This document shows positions 47,570 to 61,520 of a DNA stretch of 64,000 nt, piece by piece (the stretch's first letter is position 1; every line of letters starts with the position of its first letter). The notes beneath the pieces were generated by a model. That model was not told the DNA's origin, did not search any database, and saw nothing but the letters and a program-made list of their open reading frames with translations. Source of the DNA: Malacoraja senta (taxonomy: Eukaryota); contig CM075996.1 in NCBI GenBank assembly GCA_038087875.1, positions 4,590,001 through 4,654,000 on the forward strand, given 5' to 3'. Both the position numbers and the translations under genes were made by a program.

Positions 47570-49548
47570 GTAAGTTTGAAATATATAATGTTTCATGTGT
47601 TCTGTGTGATATTTTAGTTCCACAAAATAGTTTTGTTTATTAGTTTTCATATAACTGTTTTTAGTTGGAAGCTTCGTCTGATCAAAGAGTCATTAAACAA
47701 ATGCAGCACACAAACAGTGCCATCTGTCCGTCCCTCCTTGTCCATGCCAAACTAGGTGGCATACTAGGTTCATCCCATTTGTCTGCATTTGGCCCAAACT
47801 GCAAACAAATGCACTCTAAACCTTTTCTATGCAGCTATCTATCCTTTAAAAGTCATAAATGTATCAATTGGTACTGTCAAATGTTGTCCTTGTGGTCCCT
47901 TAAATATTTCCCTTTGAGCCTATGCCCTCTAGTTTTAGAATCCTCTATCTTGGGTGAAAAAGACTATTGTTATCTTTAGTTTCTATACCTCAAAGACTGC
48001 ATGTAGCAATAGAAGTAACGATTAGCACAAAAACAAGAGAAGCCTGATAAACCAGTCAATACTTTCTCATTGTTTTACCTAGATAGCTGCATTAAATACA
48101 GATATACTCAAATGTTAATTATTTTTATGCCTAGGTTTATTTTGAGATTTTAGTGACCCAACTCAAAATTCAGATTTTTCTGGCAAAATATCAGACATGT
48201 TGATAATGCCAGGTACAGGTGATCCCCAGGTTACAACAAGGTTCTGTTCTTGTGATCTGTTTGTAACCTGGATCATTCGCAAGTTGGAAATGTAACCGTG
48301 AACTGAGTTCCCACGTGAAAATACCTGCAGAAGTGGGTTGTTTTATAGGATTAGATAGTATGGAGAAAAATGTTAAATCTTTCCTATTCTTAATAATAAA
48401 GCTGATACCAACAAATTTAGCCCAAGCATAACTAGGGCAGCTGAGGTTTTAAATACTATTTTAAAAAAATACAACTGTTGGCCTGGATGGCATGTCTCTG
48501 GATAACATTCACAAAATGGAAGAAATCAATTCTTCCTGGGTTAAATTCCAGCTGGTGCCAAGAACCTGCAGCCCCACAACAGCCAATAAACTATTCTGAC
48601 AATCTCCCAAATGGTCGTTCTTATGTATGGCTGTACATAAGTTGGGAGGATGTGTACTTGGATAAGATACTGCATATAAGATAGTTGTGCAAAGAGATCC
48701 TAATTGGGTGGCATGGTGGCGCAACAGTCGAGTTGGTGCTTTGCAGCACCAGAGACCCGGGTTTGATCCTGACTATGGGTGCTCACTGTACGGAGTTCAT
48801 ACGTTCTCTCGTGACCTGCATGGGTTTTCTCCGAGGGATCTTCGGTTTCCTCTCACACTCCAAAGACACAGGTTTGTAGGTTAATTGGCTTGGTATAAAT
48901 GTAAATTGTTCCCAGTGTGTGTGCAATAGTGTTAATGTGCGGGGATCACTGGTCGGAGAGGATTCGGAGGGCTAAAGGGCCTGTTTCAGCACTATATCTG
49001 TAAACTAAAACTAAACTAAATTGTCACAAGAAACTACTAATATCAATTTTTTTTAAATGGTGGAAATAGTAGATCAGACATTATTAGTGGAAAAGCAGAG
49101 TTAATTCCCAGTTATTGTTGTCTACCCTTTTGTGTATCATGGACTGTAGTGGTGAGAAGTTGAAGATGTCTCTGAAAACTGAAGCTAGTTGGTCTGTGCA
49201 GGTTTTAAAAACGCAGCCAGGTATACCATCAATGCAGGATGCTTTCAGAGGGTTCACCCTGAGGAAAGATCTTCTGATATTGACCACTGTGCTTGAGAAC
49301 ACAGTGTCATCAGGGGATGTGGGGGCTTGTGAAGGTACATTGCTGTTCTCCCTTTCAAAATGAGGGTAGACAGCGTTGAGTTTGTCCGGGAGTTGATGTG
49401 TTGCGGAAACTTGAGCTACTCGGTTTCAAGGTAATCTTGTGTTAATGGTTAAAATCATTGATTTGTTCATAATTTGTTCAAAGTTCATAATTTATTAAAA
49501 ATCAAAATTAAAATTACTTCACATTATTTTTTCTACACACTAATATAG

Positions 49549-49650
49549 GTCTTCTCAAGCACCTTCTGCAGTTTAGACAGTTTGTGACTGTGATGATGAG
49601 TTCATATGGAACAGAAGGAGTTAACCCAGAAGATGAAGTTGTTCCGCAGG
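49549..49650 (+). CDS. MEI1: MEI1 exon
   Basis: GLLKHLLQFRQFVTVMM; donor G|gtacag keeps phase with the next micro-exon. Confidence 0.82.
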
Positions 49651-50433
49651 GTACAGTACCACAAGGTTATTGGATTATTATAGTCTTTTAAAGTGAAATG
49701 GTGGGAGGGGGTGAATAACGTGAATGATGGCAGAGCTAAAAGGGCACTTGCTGAGGTCGGCAGACTTACGTGACAATGGTGGAAGTTATACTTGATGCAT
49801 TGCTTGATAAAATGGAAAGTATGCCTAAACGTTCACAGGTTGTAACCAATGAGTCAGAACAGTCCTTTTTCACCTTTACTTTAGTTTAATGCTGAGGCAA
49901 GAACCCAATTTTTCCATTCTGGAAAGGCTGGTTAATTTTAGTCGGCAAATTGGAACTGACATTATGCAGTTTCCATGACTAAGGTTAATTTTGAAATGCA
50001 GTCAATGCATGGAAGGGAAAGTTCTGCACTGTCAGGTCGGTAGCTTCCATTGTACTGCATGCTATAGAATAGCAAATTGCTGTCATGGTGCTTAGGATTC
50101 TTTGATTGAAAAGTGCTTGCAGAACATCTCTGGTCAGAAATTTCTCCTTCAACTCCGTTGTTTCGAACTAACTAACTGCTAGTCATGTATCCATGTCTGT
50201 AGTCAAGCATGCGTTCTCATTAAAGCAATGTCGCATTGCTCAGTGGCTCCCTGCTCTTTGTAAGAAACAGTTATTAGTCTTGTTCCTCTGATATTACCAC
50301 AAATATCAGAAAACCTATTAAAATATTTATATTATGCTATCAAATCAGAAACATAATTCTACATCAATTATTGATTGTTGATTAAGTTTCTAGCTTTGAC
50401 TGCATATTTGTGAGCATAATTCTACATCAATTA

Positions 50434-53160
50434 ATTTCGTTCGCTTGTGTGTCAGACAACATTCTGCCATCACTTTGCCACAGCCAGTGCCACATCTGTG
50501 CCTCTGCGGAGACCGTCCGCAGTGCATGCCTCTGCCACAAGTCAGTAGGTGGGCCATTGTCAGTACCTCTCCACAGTTGCACTTGTCAGAGTTCGAGAGG
50601 CCCCACTTCTTCAGGTTGAGCCCGCAACGTCCCACTCCAGTGCGGAGGTGGTTTAGGGCTTTCCAGGTAGTATAAGGCAGGTGGTATCCTGGTGCCATCT
50701 GTTGTTTGGTTTTGGTGCCTGGCATGAAGCTGTTCCGACTCTTCAAGCGTTTCTTGGCATGTTGGTGATTGTGCAAGAGGTGGCGGGGGTCTGTGTCCGC
50801 ATTGAAGCGTTCTACTGCAGCTGACTGATCACGTCTTCGAGATGGTTCGTCGATGCCTGCCCGCTCATAAAGGTGTTCAACCTTTGCCGGCTTCAGGCAT
50901 CCTGTGGTTTTCCTGCAGGCAGTGTTCAATGCAGAGTCCACCTTGTGTGCCTGTTTAGAGCGGCTCCAGACAGGGCTTGCATATTCTGCCACTGAGAAAC
51001 AGAGTGCCAGGGTTGCAGTGCGGATTGTTGTTGGGTCACTTCCAAATGAGCTTTTGCCAATTTTTCGATGACATTGTTCCGGGTGTTGACCTTTGACTTG
51101 GTTTTCTCAACATGTTGGCGATATGATAGCGTGCGATTGAGGTACTTTGGGGCTTTGCAGTGTTCCAACAGGACATCATTCCATCGCACCTGCAGTTGAC
51201 GTTTCGCATCCTGGTTCCAGAGGTGGAAAGCTACGCTTTGAGTTTTTGTTGGGTTTGGGCGCAGGGAGTTCTGTTGGTAGTATGTTGTCATATTCTGCAG
51301 AGCAGCCTCTAGTACGGTCTCAATCTGGCTGAAGTCTGAGGATTGCGTTGCGATGCATGTCATTAGCATACAGAAACGACCTAGTTTTCGGGGTGATGGG
51401 TTGATCATTGGTGTTTATGTTGAACAATGTTGGGGCAAGGACACTGCCCTGTGGTAGACCAATCTTTTGGTATCTCCAACGGCTGTTCTGACCATTCAGG
51501 CGTACGAAGAAGCGGCGGTTCTTCATCATTGTCATGATGAACTGGATAAGATGAGAGTCCTGTAGTGTTTGTTGCAGTTTGGCTTTCATGGTACGCTGGT
51601 TCACAGTGTCATATGCTGCGGACAAGTCAACAATACTGCACCTGTGATCAGCTTCCACTCGAAGCCATCTTCAATGTGTTGAGTGAGGTTCAGCAGTGGT
51701 CCTGTTGTTGACCCACCCTGTTCAGGTATCAAGACATTGTCTACATCCAGCGTGATGCGGTTCAGATGCATCTTTCCATCAGTTTGTATGGGTGGCACAG
51801 CAGGGATATAGGCCGGTAGCTGCTGGGAAGATTGGCACCTTGGCCTGGTTTTGGTAAATCAACAACCTTAGATTTCCGCCAGACTCGTGGAATGGAGTTG
51901 GTTGCTATGCAGATGTTAAACACCTCCAGCAGCCATTCTCGTGCTCTGGGACCCAGATTTTGCAGCATCTCAGTTCTGATGTTGTCTAAGCCAGCTGCCT
52001 TGTTAGGTTTCATCACATTCAGGGCTTTGTTGAGTTCGTCCATGGTGAAAGGTTGGATGTACCATCCGTCGTTTGGGTTGTTGCCATCAACAACCTTTGG
52101 GGGTGGAGGTTTCTTACCACTACTCTTGCCGTTTAGCAACAACTGTTGGCAACCTGGTTAGCAGTCACATTTCCACGTGGTTTACTGTGGGTGGGGTCAT
52201 TACAGAGACGTCTCAGTGTCGCCCATGCCTTCCTGCTGCTGTGTCGTAGGTCTCCTGTTTCTATTAGCTCCTGCCATTGTCTGCGGTTTGCTTCATTGTG
52301 TGCATCTGTGAGCTGTTTCCCTATCTCAGCTATTTTGTCTGCGAATGGGTCTTCATCGAATAGTTCATCGTACATAGAGAGTAAGTCAGCAGTTTCAGCA
52401 TCCACGCCTGCAATGTAGTTAAGCTGGCAGCCCCGCGGAATGGTCTTGCGTGCTGCTGTGTGGATCGCATCAACAAACTGGTTGTGGTTATGTGATTAAC
52501 TTTCTATATATTGCACAAGTTCATCAGTAGCCTTAGCAAAAGCCTCTCAGTCCGCTTTTTGAAATTGAATCACCGTTGGAATATGGGAGGGTGTTTTGGG
52601 ATCACTGCGGCCATGATGCGGATCCCAATTGGTCGATGTTGAGACCCTGGAATTGGCTGTTCAAGCGTTTTGTGGCAATTGGTGATATTTCTTGTGAAGA
52701 TCAGGTCAGGATTGTAGCTTTTCTTCCATCTACAGCTGTTGAACGATTTTGGTAGTTTAGCATCATGAAGCAGCGTCAGTCTGCCAGTTTCCGCCCGCGT
52801 GCTAGCTGCCTCACCATCTTCATTGTTTTCGTTGTAGTCCCATTGGGTGTGGTGGCAGTTAAAGTCACCAATCCAGATTTGGGATGCAGCAGTTGAGACA
52901 TTCGCTGGAGATGGCAGATTCAGTTGCTTTTGCAGTGGTTTGTATACTGATGTGATGGCCACCGATGTGAAGCTTAATGTGATGGTCTCAATACCTCCTT
53001 CCTCGGAGACAGAGGTGCTTAGTAGCTCTTGATTGAGGACTGTTCTAATGTAGACAGCACTTCCATGTTTGTCGTGTTTGCGTTCTGCAACAAGTAGCAT
53101 ACCTGGTATTGTTGGTCGTCGGTGTTTCGGTCCTCGGTGCGTTTCCTGTAGACTGAACAT
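50434..53160 (-). mobile_element. Nearly full-length decayed non-LTR retrotransposon, Vingi/Ingi-like
   Basis: APE (QETH, GDFN, YNPDL, SQH), RT (YRPISLL, DLSAAYD, GLPQGSVLAP), C-terminal Cys/His motif, no visible RNase H, ~2.7 kb. Clade from recalled motifs. Confidence 0.8.
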
Positions 53161-53538
53161 CCCAATTTCCTTCAGAAACTATCTTCCCTATTAGTGTAGC
53201 AATTTTTGATTGTTGATTAAGTTTCTAGCTTTGACTGCATATTTGTGAGCATAGTGGGGCCACTGGTTTGTGAGATGCCATCAAAAAAACGTTGTTTAAT
53301 CGCTGCAGTGAATCTTGTAGATCCTACAGATCCCACCCATGGTGTGGGTGATGGTAAAATTAGCCAGTACCACATTTATGGGTATTTGTTTGTAAATAGA
53401 ACTCAAGCAGGAGACTCCAATCACAATAAATATAGTGTTACTTCAGATACCTTTAAATCTGAGCAATGTATAATTTTTATTTCACCCTGATTATGTTAAT
53501 CATTGATAATCATTAATAAAGGTGCGCATATTTTTCAG

Positions 53539-53570
53539 GTGGAAATTCACTGTGGTTACTATTGAAAAAG
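53539..53570 (+). CDS. MEI1: MEI1 32-nt micro-exon
   Basis: tttttcag|GT GGA AAT TCA CTG TGG TTA CTA TTG AAA AAG|gtaatg = GGNSLWLLLKK (cf. GNTSLPLVLKK). Confidence 0.82.
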
Positions 53571-54759
53571 GTAATGCCCCTTCAGCTTATTTTCCGATTT
53601 TATTTATGTCGTATTTGAAGGTGTTGATCAAAATATAGTTATGAATCTGTCTTCATGGGTCATTGTTACCAGGCCAGAAATTATCTTGTGGATGCAGGGA
53701 ATTACAGACGTTGGTTTACAAAAAAAACACAAAGTGCTGGAGTAATTCAGCGGGTCATGCAACATCTGTGGAGTACGTGATTAGGTGACGTTTCAGGTTG
53801 TGACCCTTCTTCAGACTCTTTAGAGATGCTACCTGACCTATTGAGTTACTCCCACACTTGGTATCAGAAATGATCTTGTTATTTGATCAAGCATTGTCCA
53901 GAGTGAAAGTTTCTTCCAAGGGCAGGGAGATCAAAACACAATGCAATAATCTAAATGAGGATTTGCAAAGATTCTAATATTGCAAGCCTGGATTGAACTG
54001 AATTTCGAGAACCACAAGATAGAATAGTAGTTTTCTTAAATGGTGAAAGATTGTACAATGTTCAGAGATCTTGGTGGCCTTGGCACGATACTAAAAGCTC
54101 ATTTTCAAGCATTTTTCTCCAATTCTGATGAAGAAGAGGAATATTTCCTAGTGCACTATTATCTGAGGCCAGGTGATGTGTGTAGAACCCCGAAACAAGA
54201 AGTCATTTAGCAATGACACTCTAAATCTATCTGATGGATACTAAGAGTAAAGGGTGCATTCTGCTGCTGGACATTTAACTAACTATGCAAGTTTGAGATA
54301 GCACATTGAATTTCTAAATAGGAGTGTAGACTTTAAATTAAATTTACCCAAACTGTTGATGATGTTAAAATGAAATTTTCATCATTAACGTCTGGAGCAG
54401 GAATCCAGTAATCCTGCAGCAACTATATTTAAACTTCATTTACAGTATGTCAAAACCACCAAGAAAACTTACATATATTTACTGCCAGTTCTTAATTGCA
54501 ATTGAGGAGGTGATGATGAGCTCATGCATTTCGGTGATAGTCCGAAAATGTTATTGGAAAGGGAGTTCCATGATTTGGACTCATTGGCTCACATGCTGTG
54601 CTTTTGGATGTCTCAACTTTGATCTGTTTTTAAAGTTACAGCTTCAGTTTAAACTAATTCACTTCTGATTGGTGACTTTAATATCATTGGTCAGTTGGCA
54701 CAATTGAATTGTTGGAAGCTAAACCATAATAAATATTACATTTTACTCTTTTCTTGCAG

Positions 54760-54874
54760 TTGCTGCTCAACAAAGATGAAACACTGCAAATTATAAGTGT
54801 ACAATGTATGACTTCCATACTCGTCCACTCTCCAGTGCAGTATGCTCCTACACTTGTATATGCAGACATTCCAG
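54760..54874 (+). CDS. MEI1: MEI1 exon
   Basis: LLLNKDETLQIISVQCMTSILVHSPVQYAPTLVYADIP. Confidence 0.95.
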
Positions 54875-56328
54875 GTGATTTTTATTTATTAAAAATGTGC
54901 AACTATTTTTTATAATATATTTTGATGCTGCCTTTGCACATGGAATACACAAGACTTGTCTTTGAAGCTTGCCTGCATTTAATTTCACCAGAATGCCCAA
55001 GGAACCTATATCTTGCAGAGTATAAGAAGGATTTAGAGCGTAATAGCGTGGTGTAGTATTGGAAGGTGATAGTTTAATAGCATGGTGTCAAGACAATCTC
55101 CCTCAATGTCAGCAAAACAAAGGAGCTAGTCTGACTTCTGGAAGCACAGTGGAAGTGATGTACACATCTAAATCTATATCAGTGGTGCTGGGGAGGAGGT
55201 CAAGAACTTCAAGTCTGTAGGTATAATTATCACCACATTCATGTTATAGCCAAGAAAGCATACCTATGTCTACTTCCTCAGGATAATTAAATTTGGCATG
55301 TCTCCAACAACTCACAAATTTCTATAGATTCTCTACAGAAAGCATCTTATCCGGATATAATGCAGCTTGGCACAGTAACTGCTCTGCCAAATACTGCAAG
55401 AAATTGCAGAGAGTTGTAAATGCTGCCCAGTCCAGCATGCAAGACAGCCTTCTGTCCCCATCACCCTCCACTCATCCCTCGACTCCACCTATACATCAGG
55501 CTGCCTTGAGGAAGCAGCCAGCATGATAAAGGAGCACTTGTATTCAATCACTATCTCTTCTCCTCCTGGGGGAGAAGGTACAAATGCTTGAGAGCAGATA
55601 CCATCAGATTGAAGAATGGGTTCCTCCTCGCTGTCCTCCAGACTCTAGAATAGCCCTCTCATGCTAAAGACGAATTCCCAATTTTCCAATCTACCTTTTT
55701 GTAGCCTTGCACTTTTTTATATTTGCACTTTCTCTTTCTCTGTGACATTATGTTCTGCACTCTTTTTACCTTCTCTTTTGTATCCAGGCAAATCATAGAC
55801 ATATATTCATGAACAAAATTATTTGCCAGGACATCAAGTTTTTCATTTTACTTCGGTGCACGTGACAACAATAAAATAATATTGATATCAATATTTGGGA
55901 TACCTGCCCCTCTCACCTGTATTCCTTTTAACTGCCTCCAAAAAAATATGGGATTGTAAACTTATGTGACAAAACTTATGTGACAAAACTTTTTTTCATA
56001 AAGTGCTTGATGTTTGAAGAGTCTACTTTAAGAGTCTAATTTGTGTTATAAAATTGGAATCAATGTTAATACAAGCAGAATTACAATGTTAATAGTAGCA
56101 ACTGAGAATTACAAGAAGTTGTAGCCAATTAATTGAGATGAAAGGTCATGGACTGGCATCATAGAATGTAGGGAGCAACACCTTTGATTATCATCCTTCA
56201 TGTCATCAGATAACAATTGAAGTTCTTGCAGATTACCCTCAAACTCAATTTCCTCTGGATTATAAATCAGTCTTTGTACTGAGATTGCTTGTTGAATGTG
56301 AATATTCTGCCTTTTATTTTCTTCATAG

Positions 56329-56445
56329 AATTTCTGTTTGAACGACTCTCCAGTGCAGATGAGATCTTAGTCTGGTCAATCTACAGTTGTCTTCTTTTGC
56401 TAACCGAGGAGAAACTTTTCTTTTCGAAGTGCCACTCCGTTTACG
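56329..56445 (+). CDS. MEI1: MEI1 exon
   Basis: [38 protein letters not shown]. Confidence 0.95.
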
Positions 56446-56806
56446 GTAAGTAGAATTGAAGATTGTTATCCAGGAATGTCATTTTGACTAAGATAACACA
56501 GTTGCACTGTCTGAATCAGAATGGTCAGTTTAGCTATTTAGGCTCTGTCAAGCAGGTGAATTTAACTACTTAAAACGAGCACTTAATCGCTTCTTAGCTA
56601 ATGAGAGAAGTGAGAAACATTGATATAAATTATAGAATACACATGAATGGATTATAATATTTTGATCTCATGTAATCTTTATTTCATTTCAGAAGCTAAG
56701 GAAAGGCATCAGATAATATCTTCAATTATTGTTTAGTGGTGCAATATGGTGTTAGTGATAAATCCATGATTAAACAGCAGAAATTCACATTTTAAAATAT
56801 TTACAG

Positions 56807-56906
56807 GTATAGAATCCTTGGTTCGAAGCTTGAAAGAGACAATGAAGGTGAACAATATTGAAGTGCAGAAGCAAGGTCTGCTACTGTTTGGTGAGATTTT
56901 AAAAAG
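56807..56906 (+). CDS. MEI1: MEI1 exon
   Basis: [32 protein letters not shown]. Confidence 0.95.
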
Positions 56907-58494
56907 GTAAATATTGTAAATTGTTTAGACTTATGATCCACTTTTAATTGCTCGGATAGTTGTACGGTAAAATTCCAATAATTCCATTATTTACAAATTT
57001 GGCATTTGACTCACGAAGCACACATTCCCACACCCCCTTTAAAATCACCAGGCCACATTTCCCATGCTACTTTAAACTTGCCAGTTCACTGAAAACTTTA
57101 TGACATTATCCGTAACATCTTGGAAAAAAATGAGTAAAAGTGTGTATTAATAGTAATAATATCCAGTAGTCTGGAAATCTATCTGTCTGGCACCAGTGAA
57201 ATCGCCAGAGTACCAGATAAAAATCATTGTGTCATAAGGCATGGAAACAGGCCCTATGGCCTAACTTGGCCATGTTGACCAAGTTTTATAGCTCGGCTAT
57301 TCCCATTTGTCTGGCCCATTTTCTCAAATCCTTTCCTATCTGTCACTTTGTCCACCCAACCGCTCCCCTCCCCACCGCCGTCGTCTCCTCCTTTTCCCCT
57401 GGAGTCACGACATCTTTCAAGGTGGCGAAAGACGAAAAGCACTGAAACCCGTTGAAGAATACCTTCATTTCTTCCCATTCTAATTCACATTACCCTAAAT
57501 GTAAGACACTTCCAATTTTGTACCTTGATACTCATGGAAACGACACATGAATAAAAGATTAGTTGTACCATTTCTTAACAGTTACCATTGAATTGATTTT
57601 TTCCAAACCTGTTGCAATTTAGCTTTTCTTCAGCCTTTTGATTCCCATAAGGTTTTGTACATTTGAGGTTTTTTCATATAGGCATCAGAATGGGTTTCCC
57701 AGTGGAAAGTTTATGACAAATTTGCAGCTGCAAGAAGGGAATCAAATCTAGAGAAACAGTGCAGCTCTGACAGTCTAACAGATAGAAATGTTTCTACATA
57801 TAGATGTTCTGTTGACAGCTCAATTTCTGAAATAAATGGAGAAGCAGGCTCCTGTTAGAATCACTTTGTACTCTAATCACAGCACGTTATATTTTTAACA
57901 GCACAATTTGAAAATCGAATGTCAAGATGATTTTATAGAGCCTTATTAGCTACACCTAACTTTTTATTGACTCAGCCTCATTGAGGCTGGCAACCACATT
58001 TGAACAATCTAAAGCTTGACTGCATCTCAGTAGACGCCGACCTAAGAGGTCTTACCATGTTATGGAATGTAAGATGAGTCTCGGGCAGCACTGTCTTGAA
58101 TTCAGCTATTAAACTGTTGCTGGACTGGTCTGGTCTTATCTGCAGCAATATTACTGGATTTAGGATTACCTCTCTCTTCATCTGTGCTTTTATCATTGTA
58201 AATCATTAGCTTTGCTGCTTTGTCAAAGTCTGCCGAAAGATTGAAATATCCTTTGTGTGTCACCAGCATTGAGAAATTTCAACCAGCTTTTGTAAAATCT
58301 AATTTCTATCCCGTATCTTTAACATTTGTTAATTAGAATTTTCTGGAATCTTTATACGTAAATCCAAAACTGCACCTATAACTATGCTACTTACCTCAAA
58401 AACCTGGTTATAAATACATTGTAATATTTCTGTGTCCAAAACCTGATAATTGCCTCTTCATCTATTATAGCTTGGAAAAGTTATTGTTTCAATA

Positions 58495-58885
58495 TACAAT
58501 ACAATAGAACTTTATTTATCCCAGGAGGGATTTATATGACTGCCAACAGTCATAGAACACATGAAACATGAAATTAAAGTGACGAGTGGAAAGTCCAGGA
58601 TTGGGGATGTGCAAAGATTGGGGGGGGGGGGGGAAGGGGAGTCGGTCTACCCCACAACAGAAGGGGGAGGAGTTGGACAGGTTGATAGCCACAGGGAAAA
58701 GTGGGGTTCTGTGCTGCATTTTGGTGGAACCGGCCTGTTGCTGAAGGTTGACCAGTGTGTCATGGAAGGGGTAAGCAGTATTGTCCAAGATGCTCTGCAG
58801 TTTGAGGAGCATCCTGGCCTCCAAGACCACCTCCAGTGAATCAAACTCCATCCCCAGGACAGAGCCAACCTTCCTGATGAGCTTG
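58495..58885 (-). mobile_element. Rex1-type LINE 3' fragment
   Basis: LIRKVGSVLG..ILDNTAYPFH..FPVAINL remnant with ATTGT tail; boundaries approximate. Confidence 0.7.
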
Positions 58886-59177
58886 TTAGATATGTCCCAT
58901 CAATCTACTGTATTTTGCTCAGGTCACTTCTTAAGACCAAGCTGGTCTTTTCTAAGTTTGTTGCCTCCAGCTTGGTCTTCAGACTCTGGAATCATAAATG
59001 GATATACTTTAAGATGAAAGTACTATCTTAACAGTTCCTCTTTCAAGAGGAGCATTGACATTCGAGCAGAATTGTATGCATTGTGCTGTATTTTACATCT
59101 TATACTTCAATGTGTTCACAATGATTTATTTTAAATGTGTAAATACAAATTAAAAAAGGTAAATGTATATTTTACAG

Positions 59178-59312
59178 ACAGCCATCAGGAATACAGCTGT
59201 TTATGAATGTTTCCATTTGGCATGAAGCTATTGTTGTTTTACAAGAAGCAGTGACCAGTTCCAGTCTTGAAGTTGTGACAGAAGCAGCCAATGCTGTGGC
59301 AGCCTTCCTTCG
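59178..59312 (+). CDS. MEI1: MEI1 exon
   Basis: QPSGIQLF...LQEAVTSSSLEVVTEAANAVAAFL. Confidence 0.93.
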
Positions 59313-60032
59313 GTGAGTAGAAGCATGTTTGTTATTAGTGATGACCTAATAGCGAGAGGTTTGTTTCAAGTAAAGGAAGATAAGTGGAATTTGTCATCAG
59401 GATAGGAATTGTGAATGCAATCTTTTGATTCTGATTTTGGCTGATGTCTTCCTCTTTCCATGCAATCTGCAGCTTCTTCCCCTCTATCAAGCTTCTGTTC
59501 AGTCCTTCCATAAGACAGGCTGCTATTCTATTCATCCCTACCCCATTACAGACATTGGACTTTATCTCTGGAAATAGTGCGCCTCAATGCTGCGAACTAT
59601 ATTCTGTACTCTGTATCTATCACTTTGCTCTATTATTGTACTGAGCTTGGCATTGATTGCATTTATGTATATATTATGATTTGATTGGATAGGATACAAA
59701 AAAAAGCCTTTCACTGTACCTCGGTACATGTGACAATAATAAATCTAAACCTACTCTTTAATCCAATTTACCACTTTCCCAATCAATCTGACATTAGGAA
59801 TGTCAAAAATTTAGGGACGTGGAAAAATATCTTTATAGTTTAATTGGCTGGAATGATCAAGCAAGTAGGTGAGAGGTGAGCCGAGGAGCAAAATTTACGG
59901 GCCCATTTTGATGAACCAGCTTCACATTTGATGCTTAGTATTATATTGAATAGTGAATCTATATAGAATGACATGGGTGGAATGTAACAAATATGCACCA
60001 TAGTTTTATTAATGTTTTTTTTTAATACTCAG

Positions 60033-60138
60033 GAAGGAACATCTGGCAGTACCTGTACAGTACCAGGAATTGCAAAAGCTCATTGAAGCAATGTTAATGC
60101 GCTGTGCAGATCTTCCTGACACTATTAGGAGTAAAGAG
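60033..60138 (+). CDS. MEI1: MEI1 exon
   Basis: KEHLAVPVQYQELQKLIEAMLMRCAD. Confidence 0.92.
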
Positions 60139-60559
60139 GTAATGTGAGATTTTTAAATTAATATTACATACATGTATTGCTTACAACAGGTAGTTCTGCT
60201 ATAATGTGATTGTTGCGTTCCTAAGAAACCTTGTGTTATAGGGAGGATTAGATCGGATAGATGCACAGAGTCTCTTACCCAGAGTAGGGGAATTGAGAAC
60301 CAGAGGACATGGGTTTAAGGTGGGGGGAGGGAGGGGGGGTGGGGGAAGAAGATTTAATAAGAACCTGAGGGGTTACTTTTTTCACGCAGAGGGTGGTAGG
60401 TGTATGGAACTATCGCAATGTTTAAGAAACATTTGGTCAGGTACATGGATAGGACAGGTTTTAGAGGGATATGGGCCAAATGCAGGCAGGTGTGACGAGT
60501 GAAAATGACATGTTGGCTGGTGTGGGCAAGTTGGGCCGAAGGGCCTGTTTCCACGTTGT

Positions 60560-61520
60560 AAGTCAAGTCAAGTCACATTTATTTATATAGCGCATTTAAA
60601 AAACAACTCTCGTTGGCCAAAGTGCTTTACATTTGTTATAAGAATAGCACAAACAAAACAAACTACATACATATATACACGTAGCCCTCACTCAGAGGAC
60701 GTCAGGAAAGGCTTGGGAGTATAGATAAGTCTTTAGTCTTGACTTAAAAGAGTCGATGGAGGGGGAAGTTCTGATGGGAAAGGGGATGCTGTTCCACAGT
60801 CTAGGGGCTGCAACCGCAAAGGCGCGGTCGCCCCTGAGCTTATGCCTAGACCGTGGGATATTCAGCAACCCCAAGTCGGCCGATCTGAGGGGCCTGGAGG
60901 TGGAGTGGTGGGTGAGAAGACTTTTTATGTAGGTGGGGGCAAGCCCATTGAGGGCTTTGTAGACATGGAGGAGGATCTTGAAGTTTATACGGAACCGCAC
61001 AGGGAGCCAGTGGAGAGAGGCCAGGATCGGGGTGATGTGGTCCCTTTTTCAGGTGCCCGTCAGGAATCTCGCTGCGGCGTTTTGGACCAGTTGCAGGCGG
61101 GACAGGGAAGATTGGCTGATGCCAGTGCAAAGGGAGTTGCAGTAATCTAGGCGGGAGGAGATGAATGTGTGGATGATCTTTTCGAGGTCATCAAACTGGA
61201 GGAATTGTTTTATTTTAGCTATCGTCCGAAGCTGAAAGAAGCTAGCTTTTACCACGGCATTGACTTGTTCGTCAAATTTCAGTGCTGAGTCAAATATCAC
61301 GCCAAGGTTTTTGACGTGAGGTTTGAGTAGTGGGGTAAGGCTTCCAAGGCTGCCTGCTATCATTTTGATTGAGTCCGAGGGGCCGAGAAGGATGACCTCA
61401 GACTTTCTCTCGTTTAGTTGGAGGAATTTCTGGGCCATCCAACACTTTATATCCTCGAGGCAGTGGGTAAGGTTAAGCAGATTTGATTGTTTTTTGGGCT
61501 TCAGGGGGAGATAGAGTTGT
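60560..61520 (-). mobile_element. 5'-truncated L2-type LINE
   Basis: FLQLNERKSE, KNLGVIFD, SRLDYCN, LQLVQNAAAR, GDRAFAVAAPRLWNS; (TTGAC)n tail. Confidence 0.92.

Noticed and set aside
48213..48480. Tigger-like MITE
   Set aside because: One plausible terminus, but no convincing matching TIR or TA duplication.
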